Shown here piece after piece: positions 25,677-34,376 of a stretch of DNA of 64,000 nucleotides. The notes under the pieces were generated by a model, which was not told where the DNA came from, ran no database searches, and worked only from the letters and a program-made list of their open reading frames with translations. The stretch is from an uncultured Eubacteriales bacterium. GTDB lineage: Bacteria; Bacillota; Clostridia; Christensenellales; CAG-138. The stretch lies in assembly GCA_900545265.1 (NCBI GenBank), contig UQYI01000007.1:32278-96277 (forward strand). Reading direction: 5' to 3'. The position numbers and the translations under genes are program-made. Numbering within the stretch: the stretch's first letter is position 1; each line of letters opens with the position of its first letter.

Positions 25677-26791
25677 CCATTGCCGGCCTGTTCATCTGCA
25701 TATTATGCCTGTTGTATCTCCTGTATCTGGGGGCAGAAAAGCTTCTTGCCCGCAGGTATAGGAGATCTTTGCTTCATGTGATCCAGGTAAACGGCATCCG
25801 GGGCAAATCCTCCACCGTCCGACTTGTTGATGCGGGCCTTCGTGCAGGAGGCTTTCGGGTGGTCAGCAAATCTACCGGCACTTTGCCCATGATACTGCAT
25901 ACCGACGGCCGGGAGGAGGAGATCCGCCGCCGGGCCCCGGCCAATATCCGGGAACAGCTCTCCCTGCTGGCTGCAGCGCATCGTGAGGGGGCTCAGATAG
26001 CCGTATGCGAATGCATGGCCATTTCTCCCGAGCTGCAGCGGGCCTCCCAGCAGATGCTTCAGGCGGATATCGCCCTGATCACCAACGTGCGGCTGGATCA
26101 TACGGATGTCATGGGCGCTACCCGAGAGGAAATTTGCGCTTCTCTGCTGCATATGGCCCCGGAAAAAGGACTGCTGATTACCGGAGAAGAGGATATGCTT
26201 CCCTTCATGCAGGCCGTCATGAAAAAAAGACAGGGCTGTGCAAAGCTGGCACTGCCCGATGCTGCCGGATACCCAGGTATTCCTGATTTTCCGGAAAATA
26301 TTGCACTGGCGCTGGCTGCCTGTGAAGCCGCTGGTGTTTCCCGGGCTGCCGCCCTGAAAGGGATGGAAAGTGTGCGCCGGGATCCCTATGCTTTTGAACG
26401 GCTGCAATGGGGGCATACGGTCTTTCTCAACGCCTTTTCTGCCAATGATGTGCAATCCACCCGAACGCTGTATGAAAAGAGCGGAGAAAAAGCCCCCCTT
26501 ATCCTGATCTTGAACAACCGCAAAGACCGTCCTGCCCGCGCACTGGAAATGAGTCGTCTGGCCCGGCTGCTGCCCGTCCGTGAAATATGGATTCTGGGAG
26601 AGCAGAAGGGCCTGATGCAGCGGCTGCTTCGGCGGCAAAATCCCTCCGTTCCTCTGCGCCGCTTTGACCGGGCAGAGGATATCCCTCTGGATTTTACGGA
26701 ACCCCGGGTGCTGCTGGGAGCCGGAAATATCAAAGGGCAGGGAGAAGCCCTGACTCTGCGCATACGCCGCCGGGCAAAGGAGGTAGAATGA
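25673..26791 (+). CDS. pgsB: Poly-gamma-glutamate synthase PgsB/CapB (Mur-ligase-type amide ligase)
   Basis: N-terminal TM, VNGIRGKSSTVRL P-loop, ECMAISPE, ITNVRLDHTDVMG. Collinear with Bacillus CapB from memory. ATGA overlap with the upstream gene. Confidence 0.9.
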   Translation: MTIAGLFICILCLLYLLYLGAEKLLARRYRRSLLHVIQVNGIRGKSSTVRLVDAGLRAGGFRVVSKSTGTLPMILHTDGREEEIRRRAPANIREQLSLLAAAHREGAQIAVCECMAISPELQRASQQMLQADIALITNVRLDHTDVMGATREEICASLLHMAPEKGLLITGEEDMLPFMQAVMKKRQGCAKLALPDAAGYPGIPDFPENIALALAACEAAGVSRAAALKGMESVRRDPYAFERLQWGHTVFLNAFSANDVQSTRTLYEKSGEKAPLILILNNRKDRPARALEMSRLARLLPVREIWILGEQKGLMQRLLRRQNPSVPLRRFDRAEDIPLDFTEPRVLLGAGNIKGQGEALTLRIRRRAKEVE

Positions 26792-27210
26792 GAGAAGAAA
26801 TCCTGGTGCTGGGGATACTTTGCAGCATCCTGTTTTATGAATGTACCCGTCTTTCCCCCGGAGGGCTGATCGTACCGGGGTATTTTGCCCTTTGCCTGCA
26901 ATCTCCCCTGCGCATTGGGTATACGCTTGGACTGGCTCTGCTCACATGGGGGGTCATGGCTCTGTTGTCTCAGGTGCTGATCCTGTATGGAAAGCGCCGG
27001 TTTGCTCTGTCTATCGTACTTTCCTATCTTTTGAACATGGCAGTTGTTGCCCTGGGCATACTGCCCTTTGAAATCAGCGTTATCGGGCTTATCATTCCCG
27101 GAATACTGGTGCGGGATATGGAAAAGCAGGGACCTGTTAAAACCATTTTGTCTCTTGGAATAGTCACCGGAGTATTGGGGCTTGTCATGCTCCTTATGGG
27201 GGCGCTGTGA
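26788..27210 (+). CDS. pgsC: Poly-gamma-glutamate synthase membrane subunit PgsC/CapC
   Basis: 140-aa, 4-TM. GGLIVPGYFAL, LYGKRRFA, IIPGILV match CapC hallmarks. ATGA overlap. Confidence 0.9.
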   Translation: MREEILVLGILCSILFYECTRLSPGGLIVPGYFALCLQSPLRIGYTLGLALLTWGVMALLSQVLILYGKRRFALSIVLSYLLNMAVVALGILPFEISVIGLIIPGILVRDMEKQGPVKTILSLGIVTGVLGLVMLLMGAL

Positions 27211-28298
27211 AGCGGCGGGAACTGGGCAAGGCCCTGTGTCTGCTGCTTACGATGCTGCTTCTTTTGGCAGGCGGGTTGATCAGCTACGAAAATGCTTTCA
27301 TGGAAAAACGGCCCGAGTATGACCGGATGTGTGATGCCGCCCGGCGCATGGAAGCCTGTATGGCCGAAATCAAAGCAGAAAGACTCCGCCGCGGCCTGCC
27401 GGTAGACGAAACGGAAGACATCTTTTCCACAGGCCTGCTGGGCACCGGGCATACAGCCATCACCACCACATTGGGAAATCTGGAGGCCAAGCGGACCTCC
27501 TGCCAGCGGGACATGGGCGCTCTGGTGCTGCGGCTGCTGCTGGAAGCCGGGGTCAAGGCCGGGGATCGGGTAGGCATATGCGCTTCCGGTTCCTTCCCCG
27601 CCCTGAACATTGCCCTTTTTTGCGCACTGGATGCGCTGGAGGCACAGCCGGCAGCCATTATATCTATCGGCGCCTCCACGTATGGGGCCAACCTGCCGGA
27701 ATTTACTGCCCCGGAGATGCTGTATCATCTGTATGAAAAAGGGCTTGTTTCCACCGCACCCCTGTATGCCACTCTGGGGGGAGACGGAGATATGGGGCAG
27801 AATATGGGGGCCGCTTTCTTTGAAGAAGAACAGGCAGTGCTGGAGCAGACTCTGACCCGGCTGGAAACAGCAGGCATTCCTCTGGTTTGTATACCCGACC
27901 GGCAGGAAAATCTTGTCTGGCGGGAGCAGGTATACGGCGATATCGACTGCTTTGTCAGCATAGGGGGGCAATCCATGGCCATGGGGGCTTATGAAGAAGG
28001 CTATGCCCTTGGGCAGGGAGTCCTGCGCCGGCAGCGGGTCAAAAACGGTGAAAGCTTCCTCCTTGGTCACTATCTGAATCTGGATATTCCTGTCACAGTG
28101 CTGCTGAACGTCCGCACTCTGTGTGCGGAATACGGCCTGCCCTTTGATCCGATTGCTCTTGCGCCCATCGGGGAAAATGCTTTATACTATAAAAAAACCT
28201 GTCCTAAGGTTCCGGTGCTGCTGGCACTGGGCCTTGGAGCAGGTATGCTGCTGCTGTACAGGAGATGGTTCGTATGGAAGGGCAGAAACCAAGAATAA
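27207..28298 (+). CDS. Bitopic protein in the PgsA position (likely 'poly-gamma-glutamate system protein' family)
   Basis: GTGA overlap with pgsC. N- and C-terminal TM. TTTLGNLEAKRTS segment recalls the PgsBC-associated family. Needs an HMM check. Confidence 0.55.
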   Translation: MKRRELGKALCLLLTMLLLLAGGLISYENAFMEKRPEYDRMCDAARRMEACMAEIKAERLRRGLPVDETEDIFSTGLLGTGHTAITTTLGNLEAKRTSCQRDMGALVLRLLLEAGVKAGDRVGICASGSFPALNIALFCALDALEAQPAAIISIGASTYGANLPEFTAPEMLYHLYEKGLVSTAPLYATLGGDGDMGQNMGAAFFEEEQAVLEQTLTRLETAGIPLVCIPDRQENLVWREQVYGDIDCFVSIGGQSMAMGAYEEGYALGQGVLRRQRVKNGESFLLGHYLNLDIPVTVLLNVRTLCAEYGLPFDPIALAPIGENALYYKKTCPKVPVLLALGLGAGMLLLYRRWFVWKGRNQE

Positions 28299-29701
28299 GA
28301 TACTCTTCCCTGCTTTTGGGCTGTGCGCTGCTGATACTGGGGCTGTTGATGCCCCTGCTGCTGAACGTAGGCAACATGGAAGTGTATACCTCCATGTACA
28401 AGGCATTCTCCCGGGATGAAAAAATATATGTGCTGGCAGCGGCTTTTCAGCTGCTGCTGCTGAACATTCTCCGAGGATACCCCAATTACCTGGGCGCTTT
28501 CTTTATTGCAGACAGTTTTTCCACCCTGACCCCCCGGCGCTACAAGAAGATCCTGCTGGGCTGCATGGTCTTTCCGCTGGTACTGCTGGAATACCGGCTG
28601 ATCCACCTGCTGTATGGCATAAACTATGCTTTTGGCGTACCTGCACTGCTGACCATTGCCATGATGCTGGTGCTGGCCATGGTGGATCTGACTCTTGTCT
28701 CCAATATAAAAAAGTGCTTTACGGTGTTCTTCTTTCATGGAGCCATCCAATGCCTGGATGTAATGCCCTCCCTCAGCGGCAGCTTCTTTGGTCAGGGAGA
28801 GACCACCCGTGAGATCCGTGCTGCCAGCGCCTTTTTGCAGGCGGATACCTTTTTGAATCTGTCTCTTCTATGCGTTTTCATTCTTCTGGCCCTGAGCGCC
28901 TGCCTGTATACGGTGCTGGTGGCGGATGAGAACCACATCCGTCTGGTAAGCCGCCAGAAGGAACAGCGGGAGCATGAGCTTATGATCGCCCGCATGAGCG
29001 AGGTGGAAAACCGCACCTACCGGGAGGTCTATCATGTAGCCCACGACCTGAAGACCCCCCTCACCTCCATCCAGACCATTATCGGCATCCTGGCGCTGGA
29101 AGAAAAGGAACCCCGGCGGCTCCAGCTGCTGCACGGGGTGGAAACCTCTGTAGAGCACATGAGCCGAATGATCACCGAGCTTCTGGATGAAACCCACGTC
29201 AGCCTGACCACCGCCGGAGATATCCTGCGGGAGGTCATGGCACAGGTATCCATTGCTCCCTATGTGCACTGCATTGAGCTTAAACAGCCTGCGGAAGATC
29301 TGTATGTCAATGCCAATCGCATCCGTTTTGACCGGATGCTCATCAATCTGCTGGAAAATGCCTATTATGCCCTGACCGATCATAAAAAAGGCGTCATTCG
29401 GCTGGAAGCGGATCGGGTATACCTGCAGGGAAACGGGAAAATACTTTCCCCGTCGGAGGTCAAAAACGCCGGAACGCCCTATGTACGCTTTCTGGTCAGC
29501 GACAATGGCCGGGGCATGGACGAAAAGACTGTGGCTTCCATCTTCCAGCGGGGCTTTTCCACCCGAGGCTCCAGCGGCCTGGGGCTGGTCTTTGTAAAAG
29601 AAGTTGTAGAGACCCACGGGGGGCTTGTACAGGTGGACAGCCACCCGCAAACCGGCACCACCTTTACCATTCTGATACCGGAGGAAGAAAGCGATGAGTG
29701 A
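28274..29701 (+). CDS. Multi-TM sensor histidine kinase
   Basis: About 6 TM N-terminal region. H-box VAHDLKTPLTSIQ, N-box LLENAYYAL, DNGRGMD, GSSGLGL. Confidence 0.85.
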   Translation: MEGQKPRIRYSSLLLGCALLILGLLMPLLLNVGNMEVYTSMYKAFSRDEKIYVLAAAFQLLLLNILRGYPNYLGAFFIADSFSTLTPRRYKKILLGCMVFPLVLLEYRLIHLLYGINYAFGVPALLTIAMMLVLAMVDLTLVSNIKKCFTVFFFHGAIQCLDVMPSLSGSFFGQGETTREIRAASAFLQADTFLNLSLLCVFILLALSACLYTVLVADENHIRLVSRQKEQREHELMIARMSEVENRTYREVYHVAHDLKTPLTSIQTIIGILALEEKEPRRLQLLHGVETSVEHMSRMITELLDETHVSLTTAGDILREVMAQVSIAPYVHCIELKQPAEDLYVNANRIRFDRMLINLLENAYYALTDHKKGVIRLEADRVYLQGNGKILSPSEVKNAGTPYVRFLVSDNGRGMDEKTVASIFQRGFSTRGSSGLGLVFVKEVVETHGGLVQVDSHPQTGTTFTILIPEEESDE

Positions 29702-30329
29702 GCCCACCAGGATTTTATGCATAGATGACGATGAACAGATCCGCTTTGCCCTTGGCGCTCTGTGCGAATCTCAGGGATGGCGGCCCTTGACCGCAGGAGA
29801 TGTACAGGAGGGCCTTTCCCTGTTCTTTCGCGAAAAGCCCGACATGGTGCTTATCGACTATCATATGCCCAGGATCAATGGAGTGGAAGGCGTCAAAATG
29901 CTTCGCCAGCTTTCGCAAACCGTTCCCATACTGGTATTCACCATCGATGACGATCAGGCCATAGCCGACGAGTTTCTCCGGGCCGGCGCCAACGATTTTG
30001 CCCTTAAACCCATCAAGGCCCCTGATCTCATCTCCCGGATAAAGCTCCATATTCGCCTTATGCAGGCACAGCGGGATCCCCACGGAAGCGCTTCCTGGAC
30101 AAAGGGCATCAGCCGGGTGACCATGGAGCTTATTATAGACGCCCTGAAAAAAGAAACGGAGCCCCGCACCGTCCAATGGATCGCCGAAAAAACGGGGCTG
30201 GCCACCCAAACCACATACCGGTATCTTCAATATATGGTATCCGAGCAGACGGTGGAAGCCCTGAATGTATACGGCAAAGTGGGTCGTCCCAAACAGAAAT
30301 TTATCCTCACCCTCAAAGGAGAAAAATAA
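29694..30329 (+). CDS. Response regulator, CitB/DcuR-like (REC + wHTH)
   Basis: ILCIDDDE, VLIDYHMP, ALKPIK REC residues. C-terminal KGISRVTMELI...GRPKQKF resembles the DcuR/CitT output domain. Confidence 0.85.
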   Translation: MSEPTRILCIDDDEQIRFALGALCESQGWRPLTAGDVQEGLSLFFREKPDMVLIDYHMPRINGVEGVKMLRQLSQTVPILVFTIDDDQAIADEFLRAGANDFALKPIKAPDLISRIKLHIRLMQAQRDPHGSASWTKGISRVTMELIIDALKKETEPRTVQWIAEKTGLATQTTYRYLQYMVSEQTVEALNVYGKVGRPKQKFILTLKGEK

Positions 30330-30601
30330 TGCCTGCTTCTTTGCTTTCCCAGTTCCTTCTTCGTTATGAACAGGCCGATACCCTCCCCGAAAAGGCCCTG
30401 GCTTTGTATAACGGCGGTTTCTGTGTTCTGGGTCGGGAAGGTCTTTCCCGGCTGTTGGGAGAGAATGCGGCCCCTTTTTTAGCCTATATACAGGCACTGC
30501 AGCAGGAGGATGCTGACGGCGGCCATGCGTTGGCCCACCTCCAGGATGCCCCTTCTTCCGCCCTGTTGGGATCGCTGTACGAAAAGCTCCGCACGCTTTG
30601 A
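30329..30601 (+). CDS. Hypothetical 90-aa protein, translationally coupled to regulator
   Basis: TAATG overlap, AAGGAG RBS. I recognise no motif. Confidence 0.45.
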   Translation: MPASLLSQFLLRYEQADTLPEKALALYNGGFCVLGREGLSRLLGENAAPFLAYIQALQQEDADGGHALAHLQDAPSSALLGSLYEKLRTL

Positions 30602-30683
30602 CCTCACGCCAAAATTGCCTGGAGCCCCATTCTCGGGGTTGCTTTTGCTTCTTTTCCAGCGTCTCCGAATATAATGTCCATGC

Positions 30684-30720
30684 AAAAAAGCCGGGATATC
30701 GCTTCCCGGCTTCCTGTTTG
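30684..30720. terminator. Bidirectional terminator (cluster end / DUF1015)
   Basis: AAGCCGGGA-loop-TCCCGGCTT flanked by A6 and a T-rich tract. Confidence 0.65.
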
Positions 30721-30728
30721 TGTCTGTT

Positions 30729-32039
30729 TTACTTTTCCAGAAGTCTTGCTTCCATATAGTAACGCTTTTCCGCCGCTTCCCCCATGGAGAAAGTCTTGCG
30801 GGGCAGTGCGCCATCATACACTACGGTGGGGAACAGCTCGCTCTTTTCCATATCCGGCAGGAGGAATCCTGTGGTATCGGGCTTCTGGGCCAGTTCCTTG
30901 ACCACATCAATACCGTGGATATAATCCACCTCGCCTCCCAGTTCCTTCAGCACGGCGTCAATGGCATTCTGCAGCGTGCCTACAGCCAGCTGCACGGCGG
31001 GTTCGGTTACGATAAAAGCACCGCTCTTATCCCCATAATAGAAGGGGATGACATGCTTTTCGCCTCCGGCAGGCGCCTGTTCAGGGCCGATCTCTGCGCC
31101 GCCGTTCTGCTCCCGCAGTTTTTGAAGCAGAGCTTCCACCAGCTTTTCCCCGGGAATACCAAACACGTTCCTGTGAATAGCCTCAAACACAATGCCTTTA
31201 TCGTGGACGTTGTTCAGCTCGATAAGCGCATACCGGGCAGGATGATCCTCCCTCTGTTCCTCGGGCAGCGTGGCCTTGATCTTCTCCCAGTTCGCCTTGG
31301 CCGTGGCCAAAGAATGGTTCCCATCGCCCATGGCAAAAAGAAGTACGGGCTTGCTGCCGTATTTCTTTTCAAAGGCAGCTTTGTCGCTGAGTGCGGTAAG
31401 AGCTTCCAGCACTCCCATGATCTCCTTTTCCCCGCTGACCAGACGGCCGGAGATATGTCCGCCGCCCAGCATCAGATCCGTATCATACAGCAAAGGAAGC
31501 TTTTCGGCCTGCGCCGTCAAAGGCTCGATAACCGTCTCTTCAGGATCGTCAATGAGCACCAGAATATGCGGCAGCTCCACCGCTGCTCCCTCCCGGATGC
31601 GCAGCCGGGGCGGAATACGCTCTACAATAGTGCCTTCCGTAGCCCGGATAAGTGTACCGGAGCCCTTGCTGTAATCATATTTCTCCAGATCCAGTGCCAT
31701 AACCAGCCCATGCCGGGTGTTTCCTGCAGCGGTGCGCTCCACCAGCACAAATCCCTGAGGCTGTTTGACCAGCGTGCCGTTGTGCAGATATTCCTGCATC
31801 TTCTCTTTAATGCGTGCAATGCGCTCCTGCTCATCCTGAGCGCCCAGCCAGGCTTCCGGCAGGATCAGATCCAGCGTGGAAGGGGCATCGCCGATGATCC
31901 GGCGGGCTTCCTCCCAGTATTCCTTCTGAGAGGTGAATTGATCGCAGGCCACCACGGCCCACTTGTACGTATCTGTCCCCTGAGGGGGCAGCAGGATCTC
32001 CGGCACCAGAACGCCGACACTGTTTTCGTATACTTTCAT
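30729..32039 (-). CDS. DUF1015 domain protein
   Basis: N-terminus ...ILLPPQGTDTYKWAVVACDQFTSQKEYW is typical of DUF1015. Confidence 0.8.
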   Translation of the reverse strand: MKVYENSVGVLVPEILLPPQGTDTYKWAVVACDQFTSQKEYWEEARRIIGDAPSTLDLILPEAWLGAQDEQERIARIKEKMQEYLHNGTLVKQPQGFVLVERTAAGNTRHGLVMALDLEKYDYSKGSGTLIRATEGTIVERIPPRLRIREGAAVELPHILVLIDDPEETVIEPLTAQAEKLPLLYDTDLMLGGGHISGRLVSGEKEIMGVLEALTALSDKAAFEKKYGSKPVLLFAMGDGNHSLATAKANWEKIKATLPEEQREDHPARYALIELNNVHDKGIVFEAIHRNVFGIPGEKLVEALLQKLREQNGGAEIGPEQAPAGGEKHVIPFYYGDKSGAFIVTEPAVQLAVGTLQNAIDAVLKELGGEVDYIHGIDVVKELAQKPDTTGFLLPDMEKSELFPTVVYDGALPRKTFSMGEAAEKRYYMEARLLEK

Positions 32040-32229
32040 TGCTTCCTCTTCCTTTGCAGAATGGTATTTTTATTGTATCGTTTTCAGTGTCTTTTTGCAA
32101 TGCATTTTCTGAGTGAAAGAATATATATTTATACCCCCTCCCCCTATTTGAGCCAGGCGTGCATTCGGCATGATCACCAAGTAAAAAAAGAGGCCAAGAG
32201 CCTTTATCGCTTCTTGCGCCCCTCAGTTT

Positions 32230-33021
32230 TTATTCTTTTGCCTCCTGTATACCGGAACCGTTCAGCGCCTCCCATATCTTCTTAAAGCAGGGCTGGAATG
32301 CCGGCTCTTCCCTTCGGCGCAAAGGCGTCATCTCCGGTGGGAATGGCAGGAGCACCTCTTTCTTCAGCATGGCAGGCCGTCCCGAAAGCACCAGCACCCG
32401 GTCTGCCATGGATACGGCTTCCCCAATATCATGGGTCACCAGCACGGCGGTTTTGCTCTGCTCCTTGATAATAGCACGCATCTCGTCCCCCAGGTTCAGC
32501 CGGGTTTGATAGTCCAGGGCAGAAAAAGGTTCATCCAGCAGGAGCAATTCCGGTTCCAGCGCCAGTGTGCGGATCAACGCCACCTTTTGCCGCATACCCC
32601 CGGAAAGCTGGTTTGGTTTAAAAGAAACAAATTCTCCCAGTCCATAGGTATCCAGCAGCGTCAAAGCCTTTTCCCGGCTTTCCTCGTTCAGAGTATGACG
32701 CACTTCCAGTCCCAGCAGTACGTTCTTCTCCACCGTCCGCCACTCCAGCAAATGATCCCGCTGAAGCATATACCCCATTGGACATTTCCCTGCGGGATAC
32801 AGCACTTTCCCTCTGGTAGGCGCCATAAGTCCCATGATCATGCTGAGCATGGTGGTTTTTCCGCAGCCGGATGGCCCGACAATAGCCACAAACTCCCCTT
32901 CCTGAATGGAAAGGGAAACATCCTTCAGGGCCTGCGTTTCCCCCTGCGGGGCCTGATAGCACAGGCTTACGTTCTCAAAGGCGACCAGCACCCGCCCCAT
33001 GTTGCTTTTTCTCTTTTCCAT
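32230..33021 (-). CDS. ABC transporter ATP-binding protein, NitT/TauT (SsuB-like) type, orphan
   Basis: GPSGCGKTT, LSGGMRQKV, LLLLDEPFSALD. No adjacent permease or binding protein. Confidence 0.85.
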   Translation of the reverse strand: MEKRKSNMGRVLVAFENVSLCYQAPQGETQALKDVSLSIQEGEFVAIVGPSGCGKTTMLSMIMGLMAPTRGKVLYPAGKCPMGYMLQRDHLLEWRTVEKNVLLGLEVRHTLNEESREKALTLLDTYGLGEFVSFKPNQLSGGMRQKVALIRTLALEPELLLLDEPFSALDYQTRLNLGDEMRAIIKEQSKTAVLVTHDIGEAVSMADRVLVLSGRPAMLKKEVLLPFPPEMTPLRRREEPAFQPCFKKIWEALNGSGIQEAKE

Positions 33022-33104
33022 ACCCTATCCTATGCAGGGCCTGCGTTTCCCGTCACCCTCTGCGCCGGGTCTGCGTACTATGGAAACATAAGGGAGGTGT
33101 GTTC

Positions 33105-33260
33105 ATGAGGAAAAGACGTTTTCGCTGCCGGCCCAGGTGCCTGCTGTGGCTGCTTGCATTTCCGGCCGCGGTATGCCTGCTGTATCTGCTGCCTCATTGG
33201 CTGCTCTGCATTTTGATCATGGCCATGCTTCTCTTTTACCTCTGCTGCCGCGGCAGCTGA
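33105..33260 (+). CDS. Speculative 51-aa Arg/Cys-rich membrane peptide
   Basis: GGGAGG RBS 6 nt upstream. MRKRRFRCRPRC + hydrophobic helix + CCRGS. Followed by a terminator. Confidence 0.25.
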   Translation: MRKRRFRCRPRCLLWLLAFPAAVCLLYLLPHWLLCILIMAMLLFYLCCRGS

Positions 33261-33266
33261 GCATAG

Positions 33267-33315
33267 AAAAAGGGCGGAGCGCCGAAACAACGGCCGCTTC
33301 GCCCTCTTTTGTTTT
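33267..33315. terminator. Bidirectional terminator
   Basis: AGGGCGGAGCGCCG / CGGCCGCTTCGCCCT imperfect hairpin followed by CTTTTGTTTT. Confidence 0.6.
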
Positions 33316-33319
33316 GCAC

Positions 33320-34363
33320 TTATTCCTTGGAATACAGGAGCTGATTCAGCAGAATCTTGTTCTTTTCCACCTCCGGGATCACGGCAAAAGCCCCATCCTG
33401 GCTGGTTTCGGTATAGCTGTCGTCAAAAGGCACCCTGGCTCCCTGGAATCCCAGCTCGTCCGTACGGATGGCTTCATTTGCAATGCCTTCCAATATCTCG
33501 CCATCCAGATTCGTGCGCACCCTGGTAATGATTTTCAAAAACAGGTCTGTCATCTGATCCACATCCTGATTCAGCCGCAGATATGTCAGTGCGTCTTCGA
33601 CCATTTTCAGCTGCCTTTGGGTCCGGCCAAAGTCTCCGGTGCCGCCGCTGGTACGATCCAGCAGATAGGTCACCGCCTCTTTGCCGTTGAGCTGCTGCTG
33701 TCCTGCCGTCAAGCTGCCGCCGCATTTCCCGTTGATATATGCAGCTTCCTCTTCCGTCAGTGTGGCCGGAATACCGCCGATAATATCCGCCAGCTGTGCC
33801 AGATCCTCGGTACCCGTATACACATAGTTCTGCAGATCCAGATCAAACACGCTGTTCAGCGTATTCATCAGCAACCCCATGCCGCCCAGAGAATAGGCCG
33901 CATTCAGCCGCTTCCATCCGTAGCCTTCAATGGGCACCAGCATATCCCGCATAAGAGAAACAACGGTAAACTGCTGCTTCAGGGCATTAAAGGAAGCAAT
34001 AAACATCATATCCGTCTGAGGTGCTTCCTCTTCAACGCTTCCGTTTTGTATTACAATAAGAAAGCTGTACAGAAAACGGTCTCTTTGTTTCTGGGAGTAT
34101 ATGGGCACCTTTTTGATCTCGCCGGTCTCGTAATAATCCACATCCGTGGAAAGAGCGGCAGCAAAAGGATCCGGCGTAGGGGAAGGCGCAGGGGTAGCGG
34201 TAGCATCCGGCTGTTCCACCGTCTCCACCAGATCTTTATGCAGGCGGTTGAGCTTTTTAAGGCCGATCACACCGCCCATGCATAGCAGCACCAAAGCGAT
34301 AGCCAGACTCAGAGCCGTGATCCTGAGCCGTTTGAGAATGCGGGCATCGTTGTGGTTTTCCAT
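33320..34363 (-). CDS. LCP (LytR-CpsA-Psr) family protein
   Basis: TM anchor. QTDMMFIASFN..VVSLMRDMLVPIEG..LNAAY LCP core. GGGAGG RBS. Confidence 0.8.
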   Translation of the reverse strand: MENHNDARILKRLRITALSLAIALVLLCMGGVIGLKKLNRLHKDLVETVEQPDATATPAPSPTPDPFAAALSTDVDYYETGEIKKVPIYSQKQRDRFLYSFLIVIQNGSVEEEAPQTDMMFIASFNALKQQFTVVSLMRDMLVPIEGYGWKRLNAAYSLGGMGLLMNTLNSVFDLDLQNYVYTGTEDLAQLADIIGGIPATLTEEEAAYINGKCGGSLTAGQQQLNGKEAVTYLLDRTSGGTGDFGRTQRQLKMVEDALTYLRLNQDVDQMTDLFLKIITRVRTNLDGEILEGIANEAIRTDELGFQGARVPFDDSYTETSQDGAFAVIPEVEKNKILLNQLLYSKE

Positions 34364-34376
34364 AAGCCCTCCCGTC

